A stretch of 64,000 bases of DNA from Opitutia bacterium (GTDB taxonomy: Bacteria > Verrucomicrobiota > Verrucomicrobiia > Opitutales > Opitutaceae). A program made the position numbers and the translations under genes. The notes under the pieces are model-generated. The model saw nothing but the letters and a program-made list of their open reading frames with translations, was not told the DNA's origin and searched no databases. The stretch spans positions 672,001 through 736,000 of the forward strand of contig CANJVR010000001.1 of the NCBI GenBank assembly GCA_947478395.1, read 5' to 3'. This document shows, piece after piece, positions 19,861 to 30,438 of the stretch. The number at the start of each line of letters is the position of its first letter. Positions within the stretch are counted from its first letter, which is position 1.

Positions 19861-20331
19861 CTATCCTTTCGCTTCCGGCTTCGGCGGACCGAAATTGCCG
19901 CTCTCCGCGGCGTACACAAAACCTTCGGTCACGCTCTTGAGTTCTTCCCAACGGGCCCGGATTTTTTTCGCTTCCTCCCTGGTGATGATATTGTCCGCCG
20001 AGGACATCGCGATCGTCGCCAACATGTCGGCGAACTCCTGCACAATCCCGTTTGTCATGGGAATGAGCGGCTGATGGGGCGCCAGATTCTGCGGATTACG
20101 GATGAAAAACCCTCCCGCTTGCTCCGCCACCCATTGGGCGATGCTCGCGTCGTGCGTGCTGCGAATGAGCTGCCCCACGCGGTCGAGCGGATTGTTCGCC
20201 CCGCTGCCAATATCATCCTCCGGCGATTCCGCCCATTTGTAGATCAAGGAGAGCGACAGTTGGAGGTCGGCGCTGATCTGCTTCGCGCTCGTCTTCTTGA
20301 GCACCTCCCGGATCACTTCGTGCGATTGCAT
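19861..20331 (-). CDS. Phage regulatory CII-family-like HTH protein
   Basis: N-terminal HTH (AKQISADLQLSLSLIYKWAE) and C-terminal EFADML...ADNIITREEAKKI pattern typical of CII/CP76-like proteins. Confidence 0.7.
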   Translation of the reverse strand: MQSHEVIREVLKKTSAKQISADLQLSLSLIYKWAESPEDDIGSGANNPLDRVGQLIRSTHDASIAQWVAEQAGGFFIRNPQNLAPHQPLIPMTNGIVQEFADMLATIAMSSADNIITREEAKKIRARWEELKSVTEGFVYAAESGNFGPPKPEAKG

Positions 20332-20638
20332 GACGCCGGCGAGCCTGCCGGGGCGATGAGGCCGCGCAACATTGTAAGTGATCCCGGGCCGCAAAACCGT
20401 TTTCGATCCTGCCTCTCCATTGGCGACCACGCGCGCCATGCGATCATTTCGGCCATGGGTTTGAACTCGGGTCGGTGGTGAAAGCCGGGGCTATTCTTGA
20501 CCGACCGACAAGACTGCCGGCCATTAGACCGACCGCCCCATTGCAGTACCAGAGCCTGAACTTACGCTCAGGCCCTCTTTTTTTCGTGCGTTGTCCAGCT
20601 GGCCTCTGGCTAACTGCGGGTTCCGTTTTCACTTTCCC

Positions 20639-21820
20639 ATGAATATCCACGAGTATCAGGCCAAGGCTCTCTTCGAAAAATTTGGGGTTCCGGTACCCAA
20701 AGGCGCGACCGCGACGAAGCCCGAAGAATTTATCACCGCCCTCGCCAGCCTGCCCGAAGGCCCGACCATGGTGAAATCCCAGATCCACGCCGGCGGCCGC
20801 GGCAAGGGCACGTTCACCGACGGCTTCAAAGGCGGCGTGAAATTCTGCAAGACCAAGGCCGACGCCCTCGACATGGCCGGAAAGATGCTCGGCAACACCC
20901 TCGTCACCGCGCAAACCGGCCCCGCCGGACGCAAGGTGCAGACGATCTATTTCACCGTCGCGAGCGACATCAAGAAGGAGTACTACCTCGCGATTCTTCT
21001 CGACCGTGCCACCTCGCAGCCGGTGATCGTCGCCTCGACCGAGGGCGGCATGGACATCGAGAAAGTGGCCCACGACACGCCCGAGAAACTTTTCAAGATC
21101 TTCGTCGATCCCGCCTACGGCCTCGCGGATTTCCAAGTACGCGAACTCCTCTTTAAACTCGCCCTGACCGGCGCCGAGGCGAAGAACGCCGCGAAACTCA
21201 TCCGCGCGCTCTACACGATGTACTGGGAAACCGATGCCGCGATGATCGAGGTTAATCCGCTCATCACCACGCCGACCGGTGAAGTCCTCGCGCTCGACGC
21301 CAAGGTCTCTTTCGACTCCAACGCCCTCTATCGTCACCCCGCCATCGTCAGCCTGCGCGACCTCAACGAGGAAGACCCGAAGGAAATCGCCGCGTCGAAA
21401 TTCTCGCTGAGCTACATCGCGCTCGACGGCAACATCGCCTGCCTCGTTAACGGCGCCGGCCTCGCGATGAGTACGATGGACATCATCCAGCACTTCGGCG
21501 GCACGCCGGCCAACTTCTTGGACGTCGGCGGCGGCGCCTCGAAGGACCAGGTTATTGCGGCGTTCAAGATCATCCTCGGCGACGCCAACGTGAAGGGCAT
21601 TCTCGTGAATATTTTTGGCGGCATCATGGACTGCAACGTGATCGCGACCGGCATCGTCGAAGCGGTAAAGGAAGTGGGACTCAAGCTACCGCTCGTCGTC
21701 CGCCTGGAAGGCAACAACGTCGCTGCCGGCAAAGCCACCCTCGCCGCCTCCGGCCTCGCGCTCGTCTCGGGCGATACCATGGCCGACGCCGCCCAGAAAA
21801 TCGTGAAACTGGTCGCCTGA
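20639..21820 (+). CDS. sucC: Succinyl-CoA ligase beta subunit
   Basis: MNIHEYQAK, KSQIHAGGRGKG, NGAGLAM, ANFLDVGGG, NIFGGI. Confidence 0.98.
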   Translation: MNIHEYQAKALFEKFGVPVPKGATATKPEEFITALASLPEGPTMVKSQIHAGGRGKGTFTDGFKGGVKFCKTKADALDMAGKMLGNTLVTAQTGPAGRKVQTIYFTVASDIKKEYYLAILLDRATSQPVIVASTEGGMDIEKVAHDTPEKLFKIFVDPAYGLADFQVRELLFKLALTGAEAKNAAKLIRALYTMYWETDAAMIEVNPLITTPTGEVLALDAKVSFDSNALYRHPAIVSLRDLNEEDPKEIAASKFSLSYIALDGNIACLVNGAGLAMSTMDIIQHFGGTPANFLDVGGGASKDQVIAAFKIILGDANVKGILVNIFGGIMDCNVIATGIVEAVKEVGLKLPLVVRLEGNNVAAGKATLAASGLALVSGDTMADAAQKIVKLVA

Positions 21821-21909
21821 AAAATTTCGCCGGAGGCCACCGAGAAAACAGAGGGTTTCGTATCCGCACCTATCTCCGTTTCCTCCTGCAGAAAACCAAC
21901 CCGATCCCC

Positions 21910-22062
21910 GTGATTATCCACGTCAAAAAATTCGCGTTCGTCTGTCATCCCGTCGCGGACATCGCAGGCGCCCGCGAATTCCACGAAGGGCGGCTCGCCC
22001 TCAAGCTTGGTACGCAGATCGAGTTCGCCCCCGGCCGCCACCCGCGCAACGCCACCGCCTAA
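21910..22062 (+). pseudogene. Truncated VOC/glyoxalase-family gene remnant (50 aa)
   Basis: VIIHVKKFAFVCHPVADIAGAREFHEGRLALKLGTQIEFAPG matches the VOC N-terminal motif (PVxDxxxARxFYxxxLGL), followed by an early stop. Confidence 0.65.
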
Positions 22063-22124
22063 ACCCGCGGCCGAACGTCCAACCTACTCACTAATTACCA
22101 CCCGCTACTCGCTCCTTTCCAAAA

Positions 22125-23048
22125 ATGTCCATCCTCATCACCCCCGAAACGAAGATTCTCGTTCAAGGCATCACCGGCGACTTCGGCGGCCGCCACGCCA
22201 AACTCTCCCTCGACTACGGCACCCAGCTCGTCGCCGGCGTCACGCCCGGCAAGGGCGGCCAGTTCTTCGAACACGGCGCGCATAAGGTGCCGATCTTCAA
22301 CTCCGTCGCCGAAGCGGTCGCCGCCACCCGTGCGACGGTCGCCGTCGTCTATGTTCCACCGCCATTCGCGGCCGACGCCATCCTCGAAGGCGTTGCGGCC
22401 CGACTCGACCTGGTGGTCGCCATCACGGAGGGAATTCCGATCAAGGATATGATCCGCGTGAAGCGCGCGATGCAGGGAGCCAAGACCCGGCTCGTAGGCC
22501 CAAACTGTCCTGGCATCGTCACACCCGGTACCGGCAAAGACTCCAGCGGCGGCTGCCGGATCGGCATCGCGCCGGGTTACATTCACAAGAAGGGCCACGT
22601 CGGCGTCGTTTCCCGCTCTGGCACTCTGACCTACGAGGCGGTCTTCCAACTGACGTCGAAAGGTATCGGCCAATCGACCGCCGTCGGCATCGGCGGCGAC
22701 CCCGTTAACGGCACGAGCCACCTCGATGTTATCAAGCTTTTCAACGAAGACCCCGACACGCATGCGATCATCCTCATCGGTGAAATCGGCGGCAACGCCG
22801 AGGTCGAAGCCGCGCGCTGGATCAAGGCGAACTGCAAGAAACCGGTCGCCGGATTCATTGCCGGCGCAACGGCCCCTGCCGGTCGCCGGATGGGCCACGC
22901 CGGCGCAATCGTCGGCGGCGCAGAGGACACGGCCGCAGCGAAGATCGCTGTCTTCAAAGAGTGCGGCATCGAAGTCGCCGCGACGCCAAGCGACATGGCC
23001 GATGCTTTGCTCCGCGCAGCGAAAGCAAAGGGCGTGACGCTCTCCTGA
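22125..23048 (+). CDS. sucD: Succinyl-CoA ligase alpha subunit
   Basis: [43 protein letters not shown]. Confidence 0.98.
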   Translation: MSILITPETKILVQGITGDFGGRHAKLSLDYGTQLVAGVTPGKGGQFFEHGAHKVPIFNSVAEAVAATRATVAVVYVPPPFAADAILEGVAARLDLVVAITEGIPIKDMIRVKRAMQGAKTRLVGPNCPGIVTPGTGKDSSGGCRIGIAPGYIHKKGHVGVVSRSGTLTYEAVFQLTSKGIGQSTAVGIGGDPVNGTSHLDVIKLFNEDPDTHAIILIGEIGGNAEVEAARWIKANCKKPVAGFIAGATAPAGRRMGHAGAIVGGAEDTAAAKIAVFKECGIEVAATPSDMADALLRAAKAKGVTLS

Positions 23049-23547
23049 GATCACGCGCGTTGACGCCCAACGCGCTTTCGCGGCCGCCGATACCACTTGC
23101 GGCCCAACTCCTTGATTTCCGGCAAGGCGGGAATCGTTCGTGACCCAGTAAATGGCCGGCTTCCGCGAGCGCCGGCTCTGTCGGCGCCGGAGTCTCGTCT
23201 CCGCACGGATGGGGTCTGCTTGCTGCGCTCGTGCCACTGATCGTCGGCGCTACGCAAACTTCACCATCGGCCCGCATGCCCGCTTAGTTAATCGCCGAAA
23301 TCTTCACGCGTTGAAAGATCGCGCGGAGTGCCTTTCGCCAGCCCCGCCGCCCGTTTGCCCACGCGCCCGACGACGGACTTTTATGGGCTGGCTTAACGCT
23401 CAGCGACCGCGCGGCTCTTGCGCAAAACGGGCCTGGAGGAAGACCCACCAACTGTCGGCCGAATGCGGCTGGTTGCTCCCCAACAAAAATCGCATCGCGC
23501 CGTCCGCAGCCTTGCCTCTCCTCTGGCGCTTCTCCTTAACCATTTTC

Positions 23548-24579
23548 ATGCGCTCCACCCCTCGCATCCTCCTCGCCACGCTTTGCGTGTGCCTCTCCGC
23601 CTCGTTCGTCCGCGCCCACGCGCCGGCGGTCGATATGCTCGAAGCCGCCAAAGCGTTCCTCGGCAAACTTTCGCCCGCCCAAAAAGCCAAGGCGACCTAC
23701 GCGCTCACCGATGCCGAGCGGGAAAATTGGAATTTCGTGCCCATCGCCCGCCAGGGCCTGCCGTTCAAGGAAATGAGCGCGGAACAGCACGACCTCGCCG
23801 CCGCCCTCCTCCGCACCGGCCTAGGCCAACGTGGCATCGTCCGCGCCGAAGCCATCATGGCGATGGAGCTCGTCCTAAAAGAACTCGAGAACAACCAGCC
23901 CGCGGGCCGGCGGGATCCGACGAATTATTTCACGACCATTTTCGGCGAGCCTTCCGCGGACAAGTCCTGGGGCTGGCGCTTCGAGGGCCACCATCTTTCC
24001 TTCAATTTCACTGTCGTCGACGGCTCACACGTATTTTTCACCCCGTCGTTTATCGGCAGCAATCCCGGCGAGGTCATGGCCGGACCCCGCAAAGGCGAAC
24101 GCGTCCTCGGCGAAGAGGAAGATCTCGGACTCGCGCTCATCAATTCACTGGACGAAGCGCAGCGCAAAATCGCCGTCTTCGATGCGAAGGCCCCCGGCGA
24201 AATCATCACGACCAACAAACATCGCGTCGATCCGCTCTCGCCCGCCGGGATCGCCGCCGCCCAGTTACAGCCGGCGCAGAAAGCTAAACTGCTCGAACTG
24301 GTGAAAGTTTATCTCAGCCGCTGCCGCACCGAGATCGCCGATGCCGAATTCGCGTCCATCTCGGCTGCCGGCCTGGACAAGATTACCTTCGCCTGGGCCG
24401 GCGGTTTTGCCCGTGGTGTCGGCACTTATTACCGCGTCCAAGGGCCGACGTTTCTCATCGAATTCGATAACACCCAGAACAACGCCAACCACATCCACAC
24501 GACGTTGCGCGATTTCAAGGGCGACTTCGGCCACGACCTCCTCGCCGAACATTACGCCAAGGAACATCCCGCCAAATGA
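23548..24579 (+). CDS. Secreted DUF3500 domain protein
   Basis: Signal peptide; WGWRFEGHHLSFNFT, TPSFIGSNP, YYRVQGPTFLIEFDNTQNNANHIH. Confidence 0.88.
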   Translation: MRSTPRILLATLCVCLSASFVRAHAPAVDMLEAAKAFLGKLSPAQKAKATYALTDAERENWNFVPIARQGLPFKEMSAEQHDLAAALLRTGLGQRGIVRAEAIMAMELVLKELENNQPAGRRDPTNYFTTIFGEPSADKSWGWRFEGHHLSFNFTVVDGSHVFFTPSFIGSNPGEVMAGPRKGERVLGEEEDLGLALINSLDEAQRKIAVFDAKAPGEIITTNKHRVDPLSPAGIAAAQLQPAQKAKLLELVKVYLSRCRTEIADAEFASISAAGLDKITFAWAGGFARGVGTYYRVQGPTFLIEFDNTQNNANHIHTTLRDFKGDFGHDLLAEHYAKEHPAK

Positions 24580-24789
24580 TGAGGCGGCCGCGTTTCTGAC
24601 GCAGAACCTCAAAAATCGAGGACCCGACGAAATGGTCGCCCGCAGATTTACATTCGGAACACGAACGAATCGGTTTTAACCGGCCGATTCCGCCAAACGG
24701 GCCGGGGGGCCGCCGCGATGGATCGGAAGCAAACCCGGATGTGAGCGGTCACTATCCAGGACCAGCAAATCAGAACGCCCCCGAAGACC

Positions 24790-24818
24790 AGCCGATCTGA
24801 AGCCCAGATCGGCTTTTT
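24790..24818 (+). terminator. Probable intrinsic terminator
   Basis: agccgatctg-aagcc-cagatcggct followed by tttt. Confidence 0.7.
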
Positions 24819-24921
24819 GCTTTCCCTCGGTGCATGGAGCGACCGCCCGCAGACTCCGGCCTAATTCACCGGGCCGTGGCCGCACCGACTGGTTGGACGG
24901 CGGTCGATAGTAGCGGCCCAT

Positions 24922-26382
24922 TTATACCAACCGACAAGGCAGCAACGCCGCGTCCTGCATGCCGTGGATGATCTTTTTGTCCGGCGGGCAGAATGTCGCG
25001 AGTGCGCCCGACAGCAGGGCTTGGCCACCGACGATAAAATAATACGGACAAAGCCGCAGCCGCCCCGCGCGAAGCGTGGCTTCGGCAGCCCCGGGAGCGC
25101 GGGCGCCCTCGCCCACTTCGGCCTCAATGCGGCCGGAGGCGGCCGCGCTCCCAGGATAGAGGCGATGCTCGATCCGGCGCGGCTTCTTATAGGCTTGGAG
25201 CAGGTGTAGATTCATCGGCGCGAACTCGATCGCGCGTTCGATGCCCTGTTGCCATTCTTCGCGGGAACAGTCGCTGCCCAACACCACGCTCCGCGCGCCC
25301 CAGGCCGTTTCATGGTAGCCGGAAATTTTGATAATCAGATCGCGCTCTTTTTGCGTGGCTGCCGCCAGGTCACGCCAATCGCTGAGCGCGCGGCCGGCGA
25401 CGCGGGGCGCGTCCAAAACCGCGCCCGGCGGCAAAGGGGCGGAATCCATAATCCACGACGGCGGGATGAGCGACCGAAGGATTTTTAACGCTGATGCGCT
25501 GAGCGACTCCGCCCAATAGTCGGCGAGCAGATGGTGGTGGAACAAGCCGAAGGCGAGTTTCTCCTCCTGAAAGGGCCGCATCGGCGGCGCGATGACGACC
25601 TCGCCCGCCGCCCACGCTTCGAAGAAGAATCGTTCCGTGGAAAGGTTAGCCAGATCGAAGAGTTCGAAGAAGCGATAGATGATGTCGATTTTCTCCGGAT
25701 TGCCGTCGGCATCGAAGAACAACGCATTTTCGAGTGGGAAAATATCCTCGGGCTTAAGGCAAAACACCCGGTGACCGAGCAATTGAAGTTGATGCGCGAG
25801 CCAGTTCATCTCCGGCCGGTAAGTCGCCGCCTCCTCGCTCACAACCAGCGCGATGAGCGGATTGCGTTCCGCCGGCCGCAACGCCGCGAGCGAAGCGTGA
25901 AAATTTCTGATCATCGCATCGCTGGCCCCGAGAATGGCGCCGCGGGCGTCCGCGCTCCCATACAGCCGGTTCAAAAACGCGGTCAACCCGATGCCGCCTG
26001 GCACCGAATCCAATTCCGTCATGACGAAGCCATCATCCGTCAGCAAAAGGTCGGGCCGGAGGACCGTCGGAAAAAGGCCGCGATTTTTCGGATCGCGCGC
26101 GTGGGCGATCAGGTGGGCCGGTTTGCCGCGGTCGAGATAGTCAGCCACCCACGGCGCGAGCAGCGGCTTGTTGCGGAGAAGATTTTTCCCTGCGACCGAC
26201 CGCAGATAAAGCGTTTCCAAGGCCTGGTGAAATTCCAGACAAGCGGGGCCAATGGCCTCGAGTTGCGCGAGTTGATCGGCGGTGATCGGCCACGCGTCGG
26301 GAGAAAGCTGCCAGGACTTATCCTCGAAAAGCGATTGCGCGGCAAACGCGGCGCGGAGGTGTTCGAAGGACAGGTCGGGCAT
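24922..26382 (-). CDS. Hypothetical protein with a glutathione-synthetase/circularly-permuted ATP-grasp-like signature
   Basis: RPDLLL...TELDSVPGGIG, IDIIYRFFELFD, QEEK, LIIKISG...WGARSVVLG, RLCPYYF, KIIHG; clean 486-aa ORF. Confidence 0.7.
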   Translation of the reverse strand: MPDLSFEHLRAAFAAQSLFEDKSWQLSPDAWPITADQLAQLEAIGPACLEFHQALETLYLRSVAGKNLLRNKPLLAPWVADYLDRGKPAHLIAHARDPKNRGLFPTVLRPDLLLTDDGFVMTELDSVPGGIGLTAFLNRLYGSADARGAILGASDAMIRNFHASLAALRPAERNPLIALVVSEEAATYRPEMNWLAHQLQLLGHRVFCLKPEDIFPLENALFFDADGNPEKIDIIYRFFELFDLANLSTERFFFEAWAAGEVVIAPPMRPFQEEKLAFGLFHHHLLADYWAESLSASALKILRSLIPPSWIMDSAPLPPGAVLDAPRVAGRALSDWRDLAAATQKERDLIIKISGYHETAWGARSVVLGSDCSREEWQQGIERAIEFAPMNLHLLQAYKKPRRIEHRLYPGSAAASGRIEAEVGEGARAPGAAEATLRAGRLRLCPYYFIVGGQALLSGALATFCPPDKKIIHGMQDAALLPCRLV

Positions 26383-26394
26383 GATTCAGGACAA

Positions 26395-26483
26395 AGAGGC
26401 CAGAAGCCAGAGGCCAGATGCCAGAAAATGCAATTGAGCGAAGCCGTTGTTCGGCGTTTTTCGGCCCCTGACTTCTGGCTTCT
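26395..26483. repeat. Inverted heptamer tandem arrays (AGAxGCC)n forming a hairpin cassette
   Basis: agaggcc-agaagcc-agaggcc-agatgcc ... ggcccct-gacttct-ggcttct. Confidence 0.7.
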
Positions 26484-26487
26484 TCGA

Positions 26488-27631
26488 TTACTCTTCCATC
26501 TGGATGTCCTTATTCCGATGCCGCGGACAGCCCGCGCGGAGCCACGCGTTGACGAAACGATCTAGGTCGCCGTCCAATACGCCCTGGGTGTCGCTGGTGC
26601 TGATACCGGTGCGAAGATCTTTCACCATTTGATAGGGCTGCAAAACATAACTCCGGATCTGCGCGCCAAAGCCGATCTCGCCTTTCTCACCGTAAAATTT
26701 GTCCATTTCGGCGCGTTGCTCGTCCTGCTTGCGCTCGTAAAGCCGGGCCTTGAGGACGTTCATCGCGGTGGCCTTGTTCTTAATTTGGGAGCGCTCGTTT
26801 TGGCAGACGACCACCACCCCAGTCGGAATGTGCGTGAGGCGCACGGCGGAGTCCGTGGTGTTGACGCCTTGGCCGCCCTTGCCGGACGAACGGTAAACAT
26901 CGGTACGGATTTCGTCCTCGGGGATCTCGATGACGATTTCATCCGTAATTTCGGCGACGACATCGACGGCGCAAAACGACGTATGCCGGCGCTTGTTCGA
27001 ATCGAAGGGGCTGATGCGCACGAGGCGGTGGACCCCGCGCTCCGCTTTGGCGTAGCCGTAGGCGTTTTCGCCCTTGATGAGGATGGTGGCCTTGCTGATG
27101 CCGGCGGTGTCTCCGGGCTGCACATCCATGAGTTCGACGCCGAAGCCGCGGCGCTCGGCCCAGCGCGAATACATGCGGAACATGAGGTCGGCCCAGTCGT
27201 TCGCCTCGGTGCCACCCGCGCCAGATTGGATCGAAAAGATCGCGTTGCTACGGTCGAACTGCCCGGTGAGGAACGAGGCGATTTCAAGCGCATCGAGCTC
27301 CTCCGTGAGCGCGACGACCGAACCGGCCAGTTCCTTGTCGTAGGCTTCCTGGGCCGCGGCGTCCTCGCCCGTGATGAGCTCGAGCATCACCGCAATATCG
27401 TCGAGTTTTTTCTGGTACGCGACGACCGGCAGCACCGCCTTCTTCAGGCCGTTCAGTTTCCCAATGTGCTTTTGAGCCCGCTCGTTGTTATTCCAGAAAT
27501 CCGGCACGCCCATCTGGGCGTCCATCGCCTCGATTTCCCGCTGCTTTTGGTCGACGTCAAAGAAACCTCCATAGATGCCCGGCGCGCTTCTTGATGGATT
27601 CGACTTGGTTGAGGTTTTCGATGGAGATCAT
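26488..27631 (-). CDS. prfB: Peptide chain release factor 2 with programmed +1 frameshift
   Basis: MISIENLNQ...HLWRFL-TGA, then +1 frame DVDQKQREI...; SPF and GGQ motifs. Confidence 0.97.
27556..27570 (-). promoter_or_regulatory. RF2 autoregulatory frameshift site (internal SD plus CTT TGA C)
   Basis: Minus strand GGAGG-TTT-CTTTGAC arrangement (read as GGAGGTTTCTTTGAC). Confidence 0.93.
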
Positions 27632-27677
27632 GGCAGAAGGGTCATGGCCGCAAACTGCAGCCAAGGGCGCAAGAATG

Positions 27678-27709
27678 AAAAAGGCCGCGGACCGAAGTCC
27701 CGCGGCCTT
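27678..27709 (-). terminator. Intrinsic terminator after the DUF4870-like gene
   Basis: Minus strand aaggccgcgggac-ttcg-gtccgcggcc-ttttt. Confidence 0.75.
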
Positions 27710-27732
27710 GTCTGCAAAAAAGAAATGCCAAA

Positions 27733-28107
27733 TCAGGTGAACGCGCCACCAAACCATTTCTGATAATGCCCGCCCATCACGGGCACGGGTTTCATCTGGC
27801 CGTTGGCCGCGGCCACGAAGCCCATGATCAGCATGACCAACAGGGAAAGGCCAAAGAGCGGCCAGACCAAGATCATGATAAAATTAACGAACGGAATAAA
27901 CGTGATGATCAGGCCGGGCACCCAAAACGCGACGGCGGTGATAAAAAGGCCCAGGGCTTGGCGCAGATGAAACGAACCGAGCGCGGTTTTTTTGCTACCG
28001 TGCATGACGAGCGCGATGATGAATCCGACGGCGGTGATGTAGCTGAGGATGGCGACGGTGCGATCCTCGGCGACTGGCGCTGCGGGGGGAATTCCAGTGG
28101 TGGACAT
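27733..28107 (-). CDS. DUF4870-like small membrane protein
   Basis: TVAILSYIT, FHLRQALGL, AANGQMKPVPVMG; three TM helices. Confidence 0.8.
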   Translation of the reverse strand: MSTTGIPPAAPVAEDRTVAILSYITAVGFIIALVMHGSKKTALGSFHLRQALGLFITAVAFWVPGLIITFIPFVNFIMILVWPLFGLSLLVMLIMGFVAAANGQMKPVPVMGGHYQKWFGGAFT

Positions 28108-28236
28108 AAAGGTTGAAGGCGGGACTGGAGCGCGAATCTCGTGCCGGGAAACCGGAGGGCAGCGGCCATACCCTCCTTCTCCGGAAACAAAGCCCAATTT
28201 GTAGGCGGAGTGCCGAAATTCAATTCCGCTTGCGGC

Positions 28237-29172
28237 TCAGCTGCGGAGCGTGCCCGCGGCCTGCTCGGCGAGGAAACTGGCGTACGTCTTTTCCACGCCT
28301 GCGCGCAGGGCGATTTTTGCACGCCAGCCCAATCCCGCCAAGCGTGATACATCCATGAGTTTCCGCGGCGTGCCGTCCGGCTTCGTCGCGTCCCACACAA
28401 TTTTTCCACCGAACCCCGTCACCGCCGCAACGGTCTCGGTCAGTTCGCGAATCGTGACGTCGGTGCCCGTCCCGACATTGATCCAATCGGGCGGATTATC
28501 GAGCCCCAGGAGAAATGCGCAGGCCTCAGCGAGGTCATCGACATGGAGGAACTCGCGCTTCGGCGTGCCACTGCCCCAGGCGACCACCTCCGGGCTGCCT
28601 GTTTTTTTCGCTTCGTGAAATTTCCGGATCAGCGCCGGCATGACATGTGAATTTTGCAGATGATAGTTGTCGCCCGGTCCGTAAAGGTTGGTCGGCATTG
28701 CCGAGTGGAACAGCACGCCGTGCTGCTTCCGGTACGCTTGCGCGAGTTTGAGGCCCGTGATCTTGGCGATGGCGTAGGCCTCGTTGGTCGGTTCGAGCGG
28801 CCCGGTCAGCAAGCAATCCTCGGGCATCGGTTGCGGGGCATGCTTCGGGTAAATGCACGAGCTGCCGAGGAAGAGCAGGCGATTCACGCCGGCGCGGTAG
28901 GCGCCGTGAATCGTGTTCGTCGCAATCGCGAGATTCTCGTAAAGAAAATCGGCCGGATAAATGTTGTTGGCGTGAATGCCGCCGACCTTGGCCGCGGCGA
29001 TGATCGCGACCTCCGGCCGCTCCGAGGCGTAAAAAGCGTCGACCGCGCTCGACGAGTTCAGGTCCAGTTCGCTGCGGGTGCGCAGCACCAATTCGACCCC
29101 CGGCTCCTTCGAAAAGCGGCGGACCAGCGCGCGCCCGACCATGCCGTTGTGACCTGCGATAAAGAGTTTCAT
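28237..29172 (-). CDS. fcl: GDP-L-fucose synthase
   Basis: [52 protein letters not shown]. Confidence 0.96.
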   Translation of the reverse strand: MKLFIAGHNGMVGRALVRRFSKEPGVELVLRTRSELDLNSSSAVDAFYASERPEVAIIAAAKVGGIHANNIYPADFLYENLAIATNTIHGAYRAGVNRLLFLGSSCIYPKHAPQPMPEDCLLTGPLEPTNEAYAIAKITGLKLAQAYRKQHGVLFHSAMPTNLYGPGDNYHLQNSHVMPALIRKFHEAKKTGSPEVVAWGSGTPKREFLHVDDLAEACAFLLGLDNPPDWINVGTGTDVTIRELTETVAAVTGFGGKIVWDATKPDGTPRKLMDVSRLAGLGWRAKIALRAGVEKTYASFLAEQAAGTLRS

Positions 29173-29266
29173 GGAAAAAGGTGCGGCCAAGGAGCGTGGC
29201 CGGCCGATAGAAGACGAAGATTTTCCCTACTCGCAATTACCCCGCCCATCATCGCGTTTTAGTCGC

Positions 29267-30283
29267 TTAGGGCTTAGGCAACGCGGCGATCTGCGCCTCC
29301 CGTTTAGCGAGCTCAAGATCGGCCTCGGTCATGATTTTCACGAGCTCCTTGAATTTGGTTTTTGGCTCCCAACCGAGCTGGCGCTTCGCTTTCGCGGGAT
29401 CGCCGATGAGGAGCTCGACCTCGGCCGGCCGCTCGTAGCGCGCGTCGTATTTCACGTATTTCTCCCAGTCGAGATTCAGCAGGCCAAACGTTTCCTGAAT
29501 AAACTCCTTAACCGTATGCGTCTCATTCGTCGCGACCACATAGTCGTCGGGTTTATCCTGCTGCAGCATGACCCACATCATCTCGACATATTCCTTCGCG
29601 TAACCCCAGTCCCGACGCGCGTCGAGGTTGCCCATGAACAATGAATCTTGCAGCCCGAGTTTGATGCGGGTCGCCGCGCGCGTGATCTTGCGGGTCACGA
29701 ACGTCTCGCCCCGGCGCGGGCTCTCGTGGTTGAAGAGAATACCGTTCGAGGCGTGAAGATTGTAGCTTTCGCGGTAGTTCACCGTGAGCCAGTAGGCGTA
29801 CATTTTCGCGCAACCGTACGGTGAACGCGGCCAGAAGGGCGTCGTTTCGGTCTGCGGCACTTCCTGCACTTTGCCGAACATTTCTGACGACGATGCTTGG
29901 TAGAAACGGCATTTTTTTACGAGACCCGCCTCGCGGATCGCCTCAAGAATGCGCACCGAACCGAGGCCCACGACGTCGCCGGTGTACTCTGGGATATCGA
30001 ACGACACGCGCACGTGCGATTGCGCGCCGAGATTATAGATCTCATCCGGCTGGAGCTCGTAAAGCAGCTTCACCATCTGCACCGAATCGGCGAGGTCGCC
30101 GTAGTGGAGATGAAGCCGCACGCCATTGACGTGAGGATCGCGGTAAAGGTGGTCGATGCGGCTCGTGTTGAACGTCGAAGCGCGGCGGATCACACCGTGG
30201 ACCTCGTAGCCTTTTTGCAGCAACAACTCAGCAAGATATGAACCGTCTTGACCGGTGATGCCGGTGATAAGTGCTTTTTTCAT
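29267..30283 (-). CDS. gmd: GDP-mannose 4,6-dehydratase
   Basis: [44 protein letters not shown]. Confidence 0.97.
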   Translation of the reverse strand: MKKALITGITGQDGSYLAELLLQKGYEVHGVIRRASTFNTSRIDHLYRDPHVNGVRLHLHYGDLADSVQMVKLLYELQPDEIYNLGAQSHVRVSFDIPEYTGDVVGLGSVRILEAIREAGLVKKCRFYQASSSEMFGKVQEVPQTETTPFWPRSPYGCAKMYAYWLTVNYRESYNLHASNGILFNHESPRRGETFVTRKITRAATRIKLGLQDSLFMGNLDARRDWGYAKEYVEMMWVMLQQDKPDDYVVATNETHTVKEFIQETFGLLNLDWEKYVKYDARYERPAEVELLIGDPAKAKRQLGWEPKTKFKELVKIMTEADLELAKREAQIAALPKP

Positions 30284-30438
30284 GCAGGCGGAGAAACGCT
30301 ACCGACCGCGTCACCGCCACCGCAAGTCTCCAAATCTGACCAGCCCAACGTGCGCCGCGATCGCCTTGCCGAAGACAAACGGCCGGCGCGGCATCTCGGG
30401 CATTGACGCCAATTTTGCCGGTTTGTTTCCTGTTCGTC

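Noticed and set aside
19861..20331. Prophage around the CII-like gene
   Set aside because: No integrase, repressor pair, replication or structural genes, and both neighbours look chromosomal.
26395..26483. CRISPR-like array
   Set aside because: The units are 7 bp with no spacers, and there are no cas genes.
28237..30283. Polysaccharide biosynthesis island around gmd-fcl
   Set aside because: Only the two genes are present, with no glycosyltransferases, flippase or polymerase adjacent.
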